A stretch of 64,000 bases of DNA from a virus. Below, one piece after another: positions 16,817 to 25,606 of this stretch. The translations under genes and the position numbers were made by a program. The stretch lies in the IMG/VR virus record IMGVR_UViG_3300005676_000004; one strand, given 5' to 3'. Numbering within the stretch: the stretch's first letter is position 1; the number at the start of each line of letters is the position of its first letter. The notes beneath the pieces are model-generated. The model was not told the DNA's origin. It worked only from the letters and a program-made list of their open reading frames with translations, and made no database searches.

Positions 16817-16922
16817 TTTCTGTTCTCTGCCATGAAGAAGAACCACAGCAGCCCAATGAAGGCGACTAGAGCAATTCCAAATCCCATAGTCGGTTCCCTA
16901 TGTTGATGAAGGTAAAATTGTT

Positions 16923-17141
16923 TTATACATCTCGGATCGTGCCGAGAAATTCACCAGTAGTCTTGTGGTGAATCAGACAGCGATCATTCTCGCGTCGTAC
17001 GTGAATGTACGCATTGTGCCATGGTTGACCATACTTCCGTGCGAGTGTCCTTGCAGCTCCTGTGATGGAGTCGGATGTTGACTTCCCGACGAGTGTCATT
17101 CCGCTCGGGAGCGTCAAGACGTATGTTTTGGTTGGTTTCAT
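16923..17141 (-). CDS. hypothetical protein
   Basis: 72 aa ORF in minus-strand run. Confidence 0.6.
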   Translation of the reverse strand: MKPTKTYVLTLPSGMTLVGKSTSDSITGAARTLARKYGQPWHNAYIHVRRENDRCLIHHKTTGEFLGTIRDV

Positions 17142-17160
17142 GGTAGGATGTAAAAGTTTT

Positions 17161-17382
17161 TTAGTTTATTGCCGTTTGGTTGACGAGTGTAGCATCTGCC
17201 GGACGAAGGACACCAGCTTCAATGAAGTCGTGCGCCGCGCGTCCATACCATCCCTGAAGAAACCAAACAACTCCAGTATCAATAAGATACTGCCAAGCCC
17301 CGAGGTACTGATCTTCCGTCGTATCGTCGGGTGGGTTTTCAATGAGCAAGACAGCGGCAAGGATTTCTTGAGTTGCTAGCAT
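17161..17382 (-). CDS. conserved small phage protein (AWQxLIDTG..WxLQGxYGR; DUF7417-like)
   Basis: Motif recognised from memory of this phage family. Confidence 0.65.
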   Translation of the reverse strand: MLATQEILAAVLLIENPPDDTTEDQYLGAWQYLIDTGVVWFLQGWYGRAAHDFIEAGVLRPADATLVNQTAIN

Positions 17383-17399
17383 GACAGCATTCCACTACT

Positions 17400-17428
17400 A
17401 GTTTACGAAAAAATTTTGAGATTTCCAA
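17400..17428 (-). promoter_or_regulatory. sigma70-like promoter
   Basis: TTGGAA-N17-TAAACT upstream of 17382. Confidence 0.4.
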
Positions 17429-17436
17429 ATGCTCAT

Positions 17437-17724
17437 TTAGTGAGCAGCGATCCGGAAGGGAGCAGCATCGAACAACCGACGTGCAGTCTTCTCAACGTTT
17501 TGAGCCTGTGGGGACGTCTGACGAAAGATAGTATAGAAGTCTACAGTTCCTTCGTTGACGTTGTCAATTGCTACCTGAAGTACACCGTTCATCATGGTAG
17601 CGTGAGAGACAATCGTGTCCTGATCAATTTCCTCAGCGATGTCGTTGAGGTCGCTTGATGAGGCGTTAGCGATTGAGTTCTTAAGCGTGGAGATAACGTT
17701 CTCGGTGCTGTATGGGGAGCGCAT
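17437..17724 (-). CDS. hypothetical protein
   Basis: 95 aa ORF. Confidence 0.6.
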   Translation of the reverse strand: MRSPYSTENVISTLKNSIANASSSDLNDIAEEIDQDTIVSHATMMNGVLQVAIDNVNEGTVDFYTIFRQTSPQAQNVEKTARRLFDAAPFRIAAH

Positions 17725-17763
17725 GGGTGTGTTGGTTTGTGGTTGAAAGAAAGGTAAAAAACT

Positions 17764-18033
17764 TTAAGCTCGTTGCGCGACCATGCGCATCTTGGTACCG
17801 TTGTCTGTCTGCTCACAGAGCCAGACGGCTCCGTAATGAGTTGCAATCATGTGAGGAAAGTAAACTTCCTCTTCAATTGGGTCATCGAGGTTAACCCACC
17901 TTACTTCAGCACCAGCGCAATGTATCGCTGTAGCTAACAGCTCATCACGGGTAAGGTCGTTGCCGAGGCTTGGATCGTGTGCTCCACCGAAAAGATGTAA
18001 GCCATCGATCGTGAGGTTAAAGCGTTCTTCCAT
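17764..18033 (-). CDS. hypothetical protein
   Basis: 89 aa ORF, AAGGA RBS. Confidence 0.65.
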   Translation of the reverse strand: MEERFNLTIDGLHLFGGAHDPSLGNDLTRDELLATAIHCAGAEVRWVNLDDPIEEEVYFPHMIATHYGAVWLCEQTDNGTKMRMVAQRA

Positions 18034-18076
18034 GACAGTAATCCTTGGGGATGTGGTTGTTGGTTTAGATGCAATA

Positions 18077-18103
18077 TACGGAAGTGTTCTGAAAAGGTTT
18101 CAC
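18077..18103 (-). promoter_or_regulatory. ECF-sigma-type promoter motif
   Basis: G-TGAAAC-N16-CGTA; shares CGTATATTGCATCTAAACCAAC with the 18571 site. Confidence 0.65.
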
Positions 18104-18531
18104 CACGTTTGAAACCAGCCACCATATTTTGATGCTAGGGTCTCCATCTTACCGAGTGAAGGCCATCGGAAGGTTTCACCAATGTCAGCGACAACGGCAT
18201 ACAGCTCGTTAAACGCTTGTATCACTTGAACAGGTGCCATCTTCTCTGGAAAATTTATAGTTGCACCCGAGTCACCAGTCGATTTAATCAAGAATGCCAC
18301 TGCTACGACACCGATGGCGGGCTGAAACCATAACTTCGCTTCGGCATAAAGGAAGTGATCACCGTTGTCGTTAACGAACTTGCAATTTGCAGTTGGAAAC
18401 GTACCACCAATCTTTACGATTTGTTCATCCTCCGTAGCCTCAATGTGAGGCGGATACGTTGGCCTTTTCTCCTCCACCTCGGCTCTACAGAGCTTTCTTA
18501 GTTCGGCAAGGGTGGTCTCTAGTGAGTTCAT
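18100..18531 (-). CDS. hypothetical protein
   Basis: 143 aa ORF, GGAG RBS. Confidence 0.7.
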   Translation of the reverse strand: MNSLETTLAELRKLCRAEVEEKRPTYPPHIEATEDEQIVKIGGTFPTANCKFVNDNGDHFLYAEAKLWFQPAIGVVAVAFLIKSTGDSGATINFPEKMAPVQVIQAFNELYAVVADIGETFRWPSLGKMETLASKYGGWFQTW

Positions 18532-18570
18532 GACGACGTCTCCAAGTGTTGTGTTGGTTTAGATGCAATA

Positions 18571-18597
18571 TACGAAAATCCTAATACCAGGTTACAC
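18571..18597 (-). promoter_or_regulatory. ECF-sigma-type promoter motif
   Basis: G-TGTAAC-N16-CGTA, 40 nt upstream of ATG 18531. Confidence 0.6.
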
Positions 18598-18637
18598 TTT
18601 TCCAAAGAAAAATAACAAGTCTTTATGTATCAATGAC

Positions 18638-19267
18638 TTACCAAGCCAAAACGCACGGAAACGATCGTGTACTAGCTATAACTCTTTGTCGCTGATGTAC
18701 TAGAAACGTTGACCCACCGCCATCAAAATTCAGTGCATCTCTACAGCCAATCTCGTACATACGTGCTTGAAGCTCTCGGATAGATGCTCGGTTGGTAACA
18801 AAAATTATAATTGATCCATCTCGGTGGATGCCGATCGCAGTACGTGGACATTGACGACGATAGAACCTACGTCGTAGTAGTGGTTGCGGCTCACCGTCGC
18901 ACAATAGTAACGGGTATCCAGACGCGACGTAATCAAAGCTATCAAACATCGATGGCGTTATGTATCCTATGTATGCTGAGGTCTGTGATATACCTAGAGA
19001 GTACCAGCCCTTTGGGTTATGGTGTCGTTCCATGCGATCATCTTTATAGAGTCCAACCATGGAGCGTTTGGAAAAGTAAGAAAGATTTATTATGTTTGTT
19101 ACGTTGTACCGCCACATGAACCAGCTAGTACGATGGAACTGTGGCTCAGAGCTAAACATCTTTACTGCTGACGGCGGCATCTTGAAGATGTACTCTCGGT
19201 ATGATGCTGAGACGCTAGCGAACGTTGTTAGGAACACGAGCAGTATGTATATGATGGAGTTACGCAT
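18638..19267 (-). CDS. secreted phosphodiester glycosidase family protein (NAGPA/DUF2233-like)
   Basis: Signal peptide; PRTAIG...ALNFDGGGST signature. Confidence 0.8.
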   Translation of the reverse strand: MRNSIIYILLVFLTTFASVSASYREYIFKMPPSAVKMFSSEPQFHRTSWFMWRYNVTNIINLSYFSKRSMVGLYKDDRMERHHNPKGWYSLGISQTSAYIGYITPSMFDSFDYVASGYPLLLCDGEPQPLLRRRFYRRQCPRTAIGIHRDGSIIIFVTNRASIRELQARMYEIGCRDALNFDGGGSTFLVHQRQRVIASTRSFPCVLAW

Positions 19268-19314
19268 AGTAGTTCACCTGAGTTGTTAACGATTGTAATT
19301 TAATCAAAACAAGT

Positions 19315-19343
19315 AGTGTACGAAATTACTTCCACTCTACCAA
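19315..19343 (-). promoter_or_regulatory. sigma70-like promoter
   Basis: TTGGTA-N17-TACACT upstream of 19267. Confidence 0.4.
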
Positions 19344-19470
19344 ATGAATTTTTGTTCATTCACTATTTGGAATTTACGTCACCTATACTTATATTAGAGC
19401 CTTGGTTTTCACGCCACTCTTCAAAAGGACTCGCATGAAACTGTAACAATTTTTATGAGGTTCACATGCC

Positions 19471-20025
19471 ATGATTCGGACTCGCCGACTACGGAAATTT
19501 GCACGGGATTGGAAATATGTCCCCAACCGAGACGTACCAATTTACTCCGTTACAGAGCGCGTAGTCAACGAGGAAATTATAAACGAATTTCTAGATTATT
19601 GTGTGGCATGGTGTTACAAGAAGTTTGGTGAGAAACCTAAGGTTGAACTTCCGTTCATCGAATGGGACTTTAATAACCGATCATACCAACGCGACGGTAC
19701 TCTCGGCGAGTACGACACCATACAGAACACCATATATCTCCGAATCACTGGTCACCGGAACTTCTACAATCTTGCACGTACACTCATTCACGAGTACGTT
19801 CACTACCTTCAGACTGAATACTCTGATCAACTGTACACAGAGTATATGAAAATCTACGGATATGAAGACAATCCGTATGAAGTTGAAGCTGTGTACATAT
19901 CAGAACTGTACATGGTTGAATGCACCAAATGGGTTCTCACTCAGATGATGGACTCAATTAAAAAACAACAAAGAAAGTTACGATCCTATGACAAGCACAA
20001 GCGTAAGACGTCCAGTCGCATTTGA
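19471..20025 (+). CDS. HExxH metallopeptidase-like protein
   Basis: LGEY..IYLR..RTLIHEYVHYLQ..YEDNPYEVEA. Confidence 0.75.
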   Translation: MIRTRRLRKFARDWKYVPNRDVPIYSVTERVVNEEIINEFLDYCVAWCYKKFGEKPKVELPFIEWDFNNRSYQRDGTLGEYDTIQNTIYLRITGHRNFYNLARTLIHEYVHYLQTEYSDQLYTEYMKIYGYEDNPYEVEAVYISELYMVECTKWVLTQMMDSIKKQQRKLRSYDKHKRKTSSRI

Positions 20026-20254
20026 TTGGTCTCGCACTTCGGCAAATGGTCATAAAGTTTTTATTGCAGACAAAGATGCGTATGCTACACTTGGTGTGGA
20101 CATCACCCCCAACGAGCTAGCACACTCACTGCACATTCACAATAAGGTTGTTGAACTTCACGTTAAGAAACAAATCATCAGGAACGGGCTATTCTTATCG
20201 ATAGCGTTGATTCCAGTAGTAGTATTCTTTATTAACATATTAGGGTTGTTATGA
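19988..20254 (+). CDS. hypothetical protein with C-terminal TM helix
   Basis: LFLSIALIPVVVFFINILGLL. Confidence 0.6.
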   Translation: MTSTSVRRPVAFDWSRTSANGHKVFIADKDAYATLGVDITPNELAHSLHIHNKVVELHVKKQIIRNGLFLSIALIPVVVFFINILGLL

Positions 20255-20628
20255 TAGCTAATAAGCATCTAAACCAGATCATCATCTCACCGACGCTATA
20301 TCGAGAGCAGTTGGTAAATAAACTATGTTCTCTCTTGGAGAAGCAGCCGAAGCGTACGTATAAGCTCCCACAGCCAGTGGAAGTTCTACGACAAGGCAGA
20401 GACTATGATCTTCCTACCATCCCCGAGGCACGGTCAATTACTGCCGTCTCATCAAAGAATCTCAAGATCACGTGTTCGGTAGACGCTGGTGCCGGCACCA
20501 AGCAGACACGGGAGATTACAACGAACGACTCTACAGTTACCATCGAGGAACTGTTTAGTATCTACGAAGTGTGTGGTGAACTCTATCCTGAGAAGTTTGA
20601 GGACTATACGGCAATCCCACAAGAGTAA
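20251..20628 (+). CDS. hypothetical protein
   Basis: 125 aa, ATGA overlap. Confidence 0.65.
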   Translation: MIANKHLNQIIISPTLYREQLVNKLCSLLEKQPKRTYKLPQPVEVLRQGRDYDLPTIPEARSITAVSSKNLKITCSVDAGAGTKQTREITTNDSTVTIEELFSIYEVCGELYPEKFEDYTAIPQE

Positions 20629-20666
20629 AAAACTTTTTTATAGTACACATAATCCACGAGGAACAC

Positions 20667-20888
20667 ATGAACATCTACAAGGTCAAGGTCAAGTTTGAAG
20701 TGACCAACGACAATGGTAAGGTTAAGTACACCACTGAGACATACCTAACCACAGCAGTCAATCCAACAGACGCCGAGGCATCGGTGTATAGATGGCTTGA
20801 GAAGAATGGTGAAGGTGGCGGCGGTGCACCATTCTTTATTACTGAAGCCGTAGAAACAAAGTTTGTTAGATTCATTGAAAACGAGTAA
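20667..20888 (+). CDS. DUF4494-like small protein
   Basis: YKVKVKFE..NGKVKYTTETYLT.A...TDAEA resembles the Bacteroidota DUF4494 pattern; GAGG RBS. Confidence 0.55.
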   Translation: MNIYKVKVKFEVTNDNGKVKYTTETYLTTAVNPTDAEASVYRWLEKNGEGGGGAPFFITEAVETKFVRFIENE

Positions 20889-20889
20889 C

Positions 20890-21972
20890 ATGTCGTATTC
20901 GTACTTCAACGAGTTACACCCGAAAGGTATAACCGTACCAAAGCATGGCGTATCGATTCAATCATTCAAGACGTTACTTGACACCTACAAGAAGTCTGTA
21001 GAGATTAATGACGTCTTCCTGGAAATCAATAAGATTGTTGAGGATAGTACTTCCGTAGAAACTACGGACATGCAAGAACGTTTTGAGTTGCGCGAGAGTG
21101 CAGTTGCAAGTGTCCTTGTCTTCTTGAACCTTCTTATTCATCGATACCAAACTAGTATATTTCCTATCGAGGCAGACTTCTGTCGTGAATATGAAAAGTT
21201 ATTCATAAAGGAAAGTAATACTGGTAAGGTGAACTTTAGCGCATCAATCCGCAAGAACGGTGAGCAGATTAAAAACTTCGTTGAGATGTTGCCAGAGGTA
21301 CGGTATCTTCGTCTGTCTATGTTTTGGGCAGTAGCCGAGAAGATAGATCGACTTGTTAGGAACTATGACGTGTGGTGGACTCCGACTATAAATGGACTCG
21401 TACGCATAAGCGAGAACCCTAACCTTTATGCTGATGAGTCTGTACCAAGTCGGTATACGACACAGAACTTGTTTGTAGAACATGAGTCGTACTTTTCTCG
21501 CTTTGGTATCCTTCCGTGGCAGTTTGATGCCGAGTGGCAGCGTAACCCATACACCATCATGTCAAACGCACACACCACACACAATTGGCACAATACAACG
21601 TTCCCTCTTGATATGTCACTCATTAGTAATATTTTAGATACTTGCATTATTGCGTATCCCCAGGCAGGGACGCCATTTGATCAGATGGTGTCTGACCTTG
21701 CTGATGAGCTTCGCGGACATAGCTATGAGAATCGTTCAGTATACAACCAGTATATCGGATGCAATGGTATCTCCAACGAGTTCTTAATGTCCATGCACCT
21801 ACATTATAAGGAACTAGCGGATGAACTTAATAGTGTAACTCCCGAAGCACAAAACTTACTTGTTGCTCATAGCAATCGGTCAATACTTATGCAGTACGGA
21901 CATGTTTTCAATCCCATGTTGCCGGACGTTCTTGTGATTAAGCGTCCTGACTACATCATGGCAAACGTTTAA
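20890..21972 (+). CDS. hypothetical protein (360 aa)
   Basis: Long ORF; start refined to MSYSYF. Confidence 0.75.
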   Translation: MSYSYFNELHPKGITVPKHGVSIQSFKTLLDTYKKSVEINDVFLEINKIVEDSTSVETTDMQERFELRESAVASVLVFLNLLIHRYQTSIFPIEADFCREYEKLFIKESNTGKVNFSASIRKNGEQIKNFVEMLPEVRYLRLSMFWAVAEKIDRLVRNYDVWWTPTINGLVRISENPNLYADESVPSRYTTQNLFVEHESYFSRFGILPWQFDAEWQRNPYTIMSNAHTTHNWHNTTFPLDMSLISNILDTCIIAYPQAGTPFDQMVSDLADELRGHSYENRSVYNQYIGCNGISNEFLMSMHLHYKELADELNSVTPEAQNLLVAHSNRSILMQYGHVFNPMLPDVLVIKRPDYIMANV

Positions 21973-21991
21973 AAGTTATATAAGGGGCAGT

Positions 21992-22291
21992 ATGAAGCCG
22001 ACGGTAATGCGGTTGGAAGATGGTGAATTTTACGAAGTGTTGCGTACGATACGAGAAAATTCTTTTGTATCGGATGCAACAAGTAGCTCTGAAGAGAAAG
22101 CAAAAGAGTTAGCAGAGAGGATAGCATCTAACAATGACGCTAACTGCTTGTATATGTACAGTTCATCTGGACATATATGGTGTATCTGCAAGCGTATAGT
22201 TACTGCTAATTTCCGTGACATTATCCCTGGCGATGGGGTTGCCTTAAGTGCACAGAAGCAATGGGGTTACGAGATTGTAGAGTCTTCGTAA
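21992..22291 (+). CDS. hypothetical protein
   Basis: 99 aa ORF. Confidence 0.65.
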   Translation: MKPTVMRLEDGEFYEVLRTIRENSFVSDATSSSEEKAKELAERIASNNDANCLYMYSSSGHIWCICKRIVTANFRDIIPGDGVALSAQKQWGYEIVESS

Positions 22292-22303
22292 CCTCTTGCT
22301 CTG

Positions 22304-22320
22304 TATGTAGTTCTACGTAT
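22304..22320. promoter_or_regulatory. operator-like palindrome; inverted copy at 24041-24057
   Basis: TATGTAGTTCTACGTAT; its reverse complement ATACGTAGAACTACATA matches ATACGTAGAACTACTTA at 16/17. Confidence 0.45.
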
Positions 22321-22344
22321 CTTCGGCACTCACTAAAAAAGTTC

Positions 22345-22373
22345 TTGCTTTTTCCCCGCTATTGTTGTAAGTT
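22345..22373 (+). promoter_or_regulatory. sigma70-like promoter
   Basis: TTGCTT-N17-TAAGTT with TG before the -10 and an A-tract upstream. Confidence 0.5.
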
Positions 22374-22378
22374 CGGAA

Positions 22379-22741
22379 ATGAAAACCAACAGCAGTAACT
22401 ACGAGCATACTCGCGTTAAGTTTGAAATACACAACGCGCAAGTTGAATACGATTTGTTTGATGAGTCTAACGCGGTAGCTGTGGAATTGCCTCTACCCGA
22501 GATATTTGAGCAACTTGAGGAAGAATTTGACTATGACATTGTTGAGCTTGGGGTTGCTCTCATTGATCACCTATCACATAAAAAACTTACAGCGTTTGTC
22601 TGTGCTGAAATCATGGCACGGTTCGCTGAACGTGGCTCAGACTCAATAGTCTTAACCCCGAGAACTCTTGAAGAGGTTACAGTCTTACAAGAGGCACTAG
22701 AGCCTGTACTTGAAAGGTTTCCATTGCTGAGGACAGTGTAA
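22379..22741 (+). CDS. acidic hypothetical protein
   Basis: 120 aa ORF. Confidence 0.65.
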   Translation: MKTNSSNYEHTRVKFEIHNAQVEYDLFDESNAVAVELPLPEIFEQLEEEFDYDIVELGVALIDHLSHKKLTAFVCAEIMARFAERGSDSIVLTPRTLEEVTVLQEALEPVLERFPLLRTV

Positions 22742-22742
22742 C

Positions 22743-23036
22743 ATGGACATTCATCCCAAACCTAGCGTAGTTGATCGGGTAACCGCTTCAATGTCACCAA
22801 CGGAAGATTTATACTACCGTTGGTTATTTTCGTTAGCATGGCACGTCGCATCGCACATCGAGGACAATCAGATACCAATCTCGGAGTTTGCTGAGAAGAC
22901 TGGACTGAGCGTCTACACGATAACGAACGTCATGCGAGGCAATGGCGGAGATTTAACCTTGTTTGACATTGCTCGGATCGCGGCAGCTTTGCCTTTTCCG
23001 TTGCTTTCGTTCACACCAACAGCGGGTGGAAACTAA
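22743..23036 (+). CDS. XRE-family HTH transcriptional regulator
   Basis: ISEFAEKTGLSVYTITNVMRGNGGDLTLFDIARIAAAL. Confidence 0.75.
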   Translation: MDIHPKPSVVDRVTASMSPTEDLYYRWLFSLAWHVASHIEDNQIPISEFAEKTGLSVYTITNVMRGNGGDLTLFDIARIAAALPFPLLSFTPTAGGN

Positions 23037-23038
23037 CA

Positions 23039-23155
23039 ATGTATATGGATTTTATGGACAATCACCGTACGTTCTTCTTCATAGTAGCTATCGCTATCTA
23101 TGTGGGGGCGACAGCTTTTGCTTTATGGCGTAGCTATCAAGACGACGGCAACTAA
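23039..23155 (+). CDS. small membrane protein (38 aa)
   Basis: Hand-translated MYMDFMDNHRTFFFIVAIAIYVGATAFALWRSYQDDGN. Confidence 0.5.
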   Translation: MYMDFMDNHRTFFFIVAIAIYVGATAFALWRSYQDDGN

Positions 23156-23171
23156 AAAAGATTTACTGTAT

Positions 23172-23828
23172 ATGAGCGCAAAAGTATTAGTCGCTTGTGA
23201 AGAGTCACAGGCAGTTACCATCGAGTTCCGTAAACTCGGCATTGAAGCATATTCATGTGACATTGAAGAGTGTTCAGGAGGGCATCCCGAATGGCATATT
23301 CAGCAGGACGTGACACCGTTACTTCAAGAACCTCATTGGGACCTTGTGATAGCATTCCCACCGTGTACGCATCTAGCGTCAAGCGGTGCAGCGTGGTTTG
23401 AGAAGAAACGTCAAGATGGACGACAACAGCAAGGCATAGACTTCTTTATGCTGTTTGCTAACTGTCCGGCACCTCGTGTCGCAATCGAGAACCCAGTTGG
23501 TATCATGTCGTCGCACTACCGAAAGCCTGATCAGATCATTCAGCCTTGGCAGTTCGGTGACTCGGTAACAAAGAAAACTTGTCTATGGTTAAAAAATTTA
23601 CCATTACTTACACCGACAGATATTGTTGGTAAAGGTGAGTTTGTTACCTTTGCAAGTGGTAGGAAAATGAATAAGTGGTATGCTGACGCATGGAAGTTAT
23701 CACCGTACGAACGAGCTAAACAACGAAGTAAAACTTTTCCAGGTATTGCCAAAGCTATGGCAACCCAATGGGGAGCAGTCTTGCTTAATAACGAAAGTTA
23801 TAATAACGATGAAGGTAATGATATGTAG
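23172..23828 (+). CDS. phage-type DNA cytosine-C5 methyltransferase-like protein
   Basis: KVLVACEES..AYSCD..WDLVIAFPPCT..AIENPVG..QPWQFG..KKTCLWL..RSKTFPGIAKAMA.QW. Confidence 0.75.
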   Translation: MSAKVLVACEESQAVTIEFRKLGIEAYSCDIEECSGGHPEWHIQQDVTPLLQEPHWDLVIAFPPCTHLASSGAAWFEKKRQDGRQQQGIDFFMLFANCPAPRVAIENPVGIMSSHYRKPDQIIQPWQFGDSVTKKTCLWLKNLPLLTPTDIVGKGEFVTFASGRKMNKWYADAWKLSPYERAKQRSKTFPGIAKAMATQWGAVLLNNESYNNDEGNDM

Positions 23829-23829
23829 T

Positions 23830-24100
23830 AAGTTCCTTTACATATTGACCTTAATATAGTTTATGACCTTGTATACCCTAACCTAGTTTAAGGGGGGTGG
23901 GGGTCAAACTAAGGGGGTCCTAGGTGTAGACTAGGGGGGAGGGGCATAATTTCCCGTATACCCCCCTGGTAGGGGGACTTGTCTATAGGGGTCCCCCCTG
24001 CGTTTTTCTATCGGGGTCAATTTTTTTCTAGGATTTTTGAATACGTAGAACTACTTAATGGGTAACCCATTAAAGAGCACAAACACCAAAAATCGGGTCA
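23830..24100. other. G-run/C-run and palindrome-rich non-coding element
   Basis: Five G-tracts of 4 or more in 23892-23944, GGGGTC four times, perfect palindrome TTAATGGGT-A-ACCCATTAA at 24055-24073. Confidence 0.7.
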
Positions 24101-24175
24101 TACGTCGGGCCATCATAGCCCAAAGCCAAAGAAACAATAACAAAAAAAGAAATACTAAACGGGTATACATTCTCC

Positions 24176-24568
24176 ATGGCAACAGTCAACCTTAAATTTA
24201 ATATTCACTCAACGGAACTCATAGACATATTCCTCGATGAACATCCATACTTCGAGTGGAGGGGTACTGATGCTGACCTAAGGACCATAAACACTGGGTT
24301 CTCGTTGGTAGTTGCCAAAGACCTCCAATACACCTACCCACACCTATCGGTAGTAGTAGCAACAGACTATATACCCGATTCAAAAGACGATCCGTTACTC
24401 ATCGTTGAAGGCCTTGACTACGACGGTAAAGATATTACTGTCAGATTCCCAGAAATTTTATCAACTATAGTATTTCACCTTGAAGAAGGTAACTGGAACT
24501 TTTCCGAGCTAATGGAGCTTGGTAAGCAACAACAAGAGATAACCCGACATGATAGCAATTTACCTTAA
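24176..24568 (+). CDS. hypothetical protein, distant family F2
   Basis: VNLKFNIHS..LRTINTGF..VAKDLQYTYP; paralog of 24549-24992. Confidence 0.65.
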   Translation: MATVNLKFNIHSTELIDIFLDEHPYFEWRGTDADLRTINTGFSLVVAKDLQYTYPHLSVVVATDYIPDSKDDPLLIVEGLDYDGKDITVRFPEILSTIVFHLEEGNWNFSELMELGKQQQEITRHDSNLP

Positions 24569-24992
24569 ATTCAACATGAAGTCAAAGGAAATCAAGAACT
24601 TACTCCAAGAGAAAGACCCAGTTTACGCGGAAGCTCTGAAGGACGTCAAGATAAACTATCCACATCTTGATCGTCAAGTTAGGATATTCACAAGAATTAG
24701 TTCACTTAACGGGGCATTCATCTTGCTTCTGAAACGAGAGCTTACGGCTATGTTTCCCGAAGGTACATCCTTCGTGTTTCGCTACGAAGATACGACATTA
24801 CATGATCCACTTTGTATCGTGGAAGACGTCAAGTCCAATAACAGCGAATTTCCAGAATCTATCGCCGAAGCTGAGCGGGTGATAACATCCTTCATTCAAC
24901 ATGGTAACTGGAATCATGCTGATATAGCCACCGAATATCAAAATGTAATTGATAGAGGGATGCAAAGACGTTTACGAGGATACGGTTTCTAA
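24549..24992 (+). CDS. hypothetical protein, distant family F2
   Basis: IYLKFNMKS..DPLCIVE..GNWN shared with the previous gene. Confidence 0.7.
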   Translation: MIAIYLKFNMKSKEIKNLLQEKDPVYAEALKDVKINYPHLDRQVRIFTRISSLNGAFILLLKRELTAMFPEGTSFVFRYEDTTLHDPLCIVEDVKSNNSEFPESIAEAERVITSFIQHGNWNHADIATEYQNVIDRGMQRRLRGYGF

Positions 24993-25018
24993 TCTACGGT
25001 TAGTAAGGATACATACGC

Positions 25019-25540
25019 ATGGAATACCTTGGCATAAAAACATATAAGCTCACCGAAGACTTCGCTCAACGTCTGAAGGTAGACCAAGATCAATTAACAG
25101 AGGAACGTACGTTAAACCAAATTGTTGAATTGTACAAAAACATTACAGAATATGATAATGTGCCAACAATTGTTGACAGTGGTGACACGTTGTGGCTGAC
25201 CGAAGATGGTGAAACGTATGATCTAATAGCAACACTTGAACGTTCGTATGATGACTATGGTAGGATAATTGACCGAAGATGTTATAATCTGTATTACTTT
25301 TTTCACCATACCAACGAGTGCCCGATAATCTGTTCTAAATTCATTCACGCCGATACGCTAGATGATGCATATCGTCGGTGGTTTGAAGAAGCGTTAAATT
25401 TCTATCACTCACCAGATGAACCAATAGAAAGACGTGGGAAGATTGAACACTATGCATCATGTAACTGGTATGAAGTATCAATGACAGTTACACCAGTCAA
25501 CGGAAGTATACCAAAAAACAAGAAAAGGAAAAAAGTATGA
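25019..25540 (+). CDS. hypothetical protein
   Basis: 173 aa ORF. Confidence 0.7.
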   Translation: MEYLGIKTYKLTEDFAQRLKVDQDQLTEERTLNQIVELYKNITEYDNVPTIVDSGDTLWLTEDGETYDLIATLERSYDDYGRIIDRRCYNLYYFFHHTNECPIICSKFIHADTLDDAYRRWFEEALNFYHSPDEPIERRGKIEHYASCNWYEVSMTVTPVNGSIPKNKKRKKV

Positions 25541-25606
25541 ATATACCTTCAGCAAGTGCGCGAGTCTGAACACTTTTTAAACAAACCAACAACTTGATGA
25601 GGACTT

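Noticed and set aside
22379-23036. HigBA-type toxin-antitoxin pair
   Set aside because: The HTH fits HigA-like XRE, but the upstream acidic protein shows no RelE/HigB features
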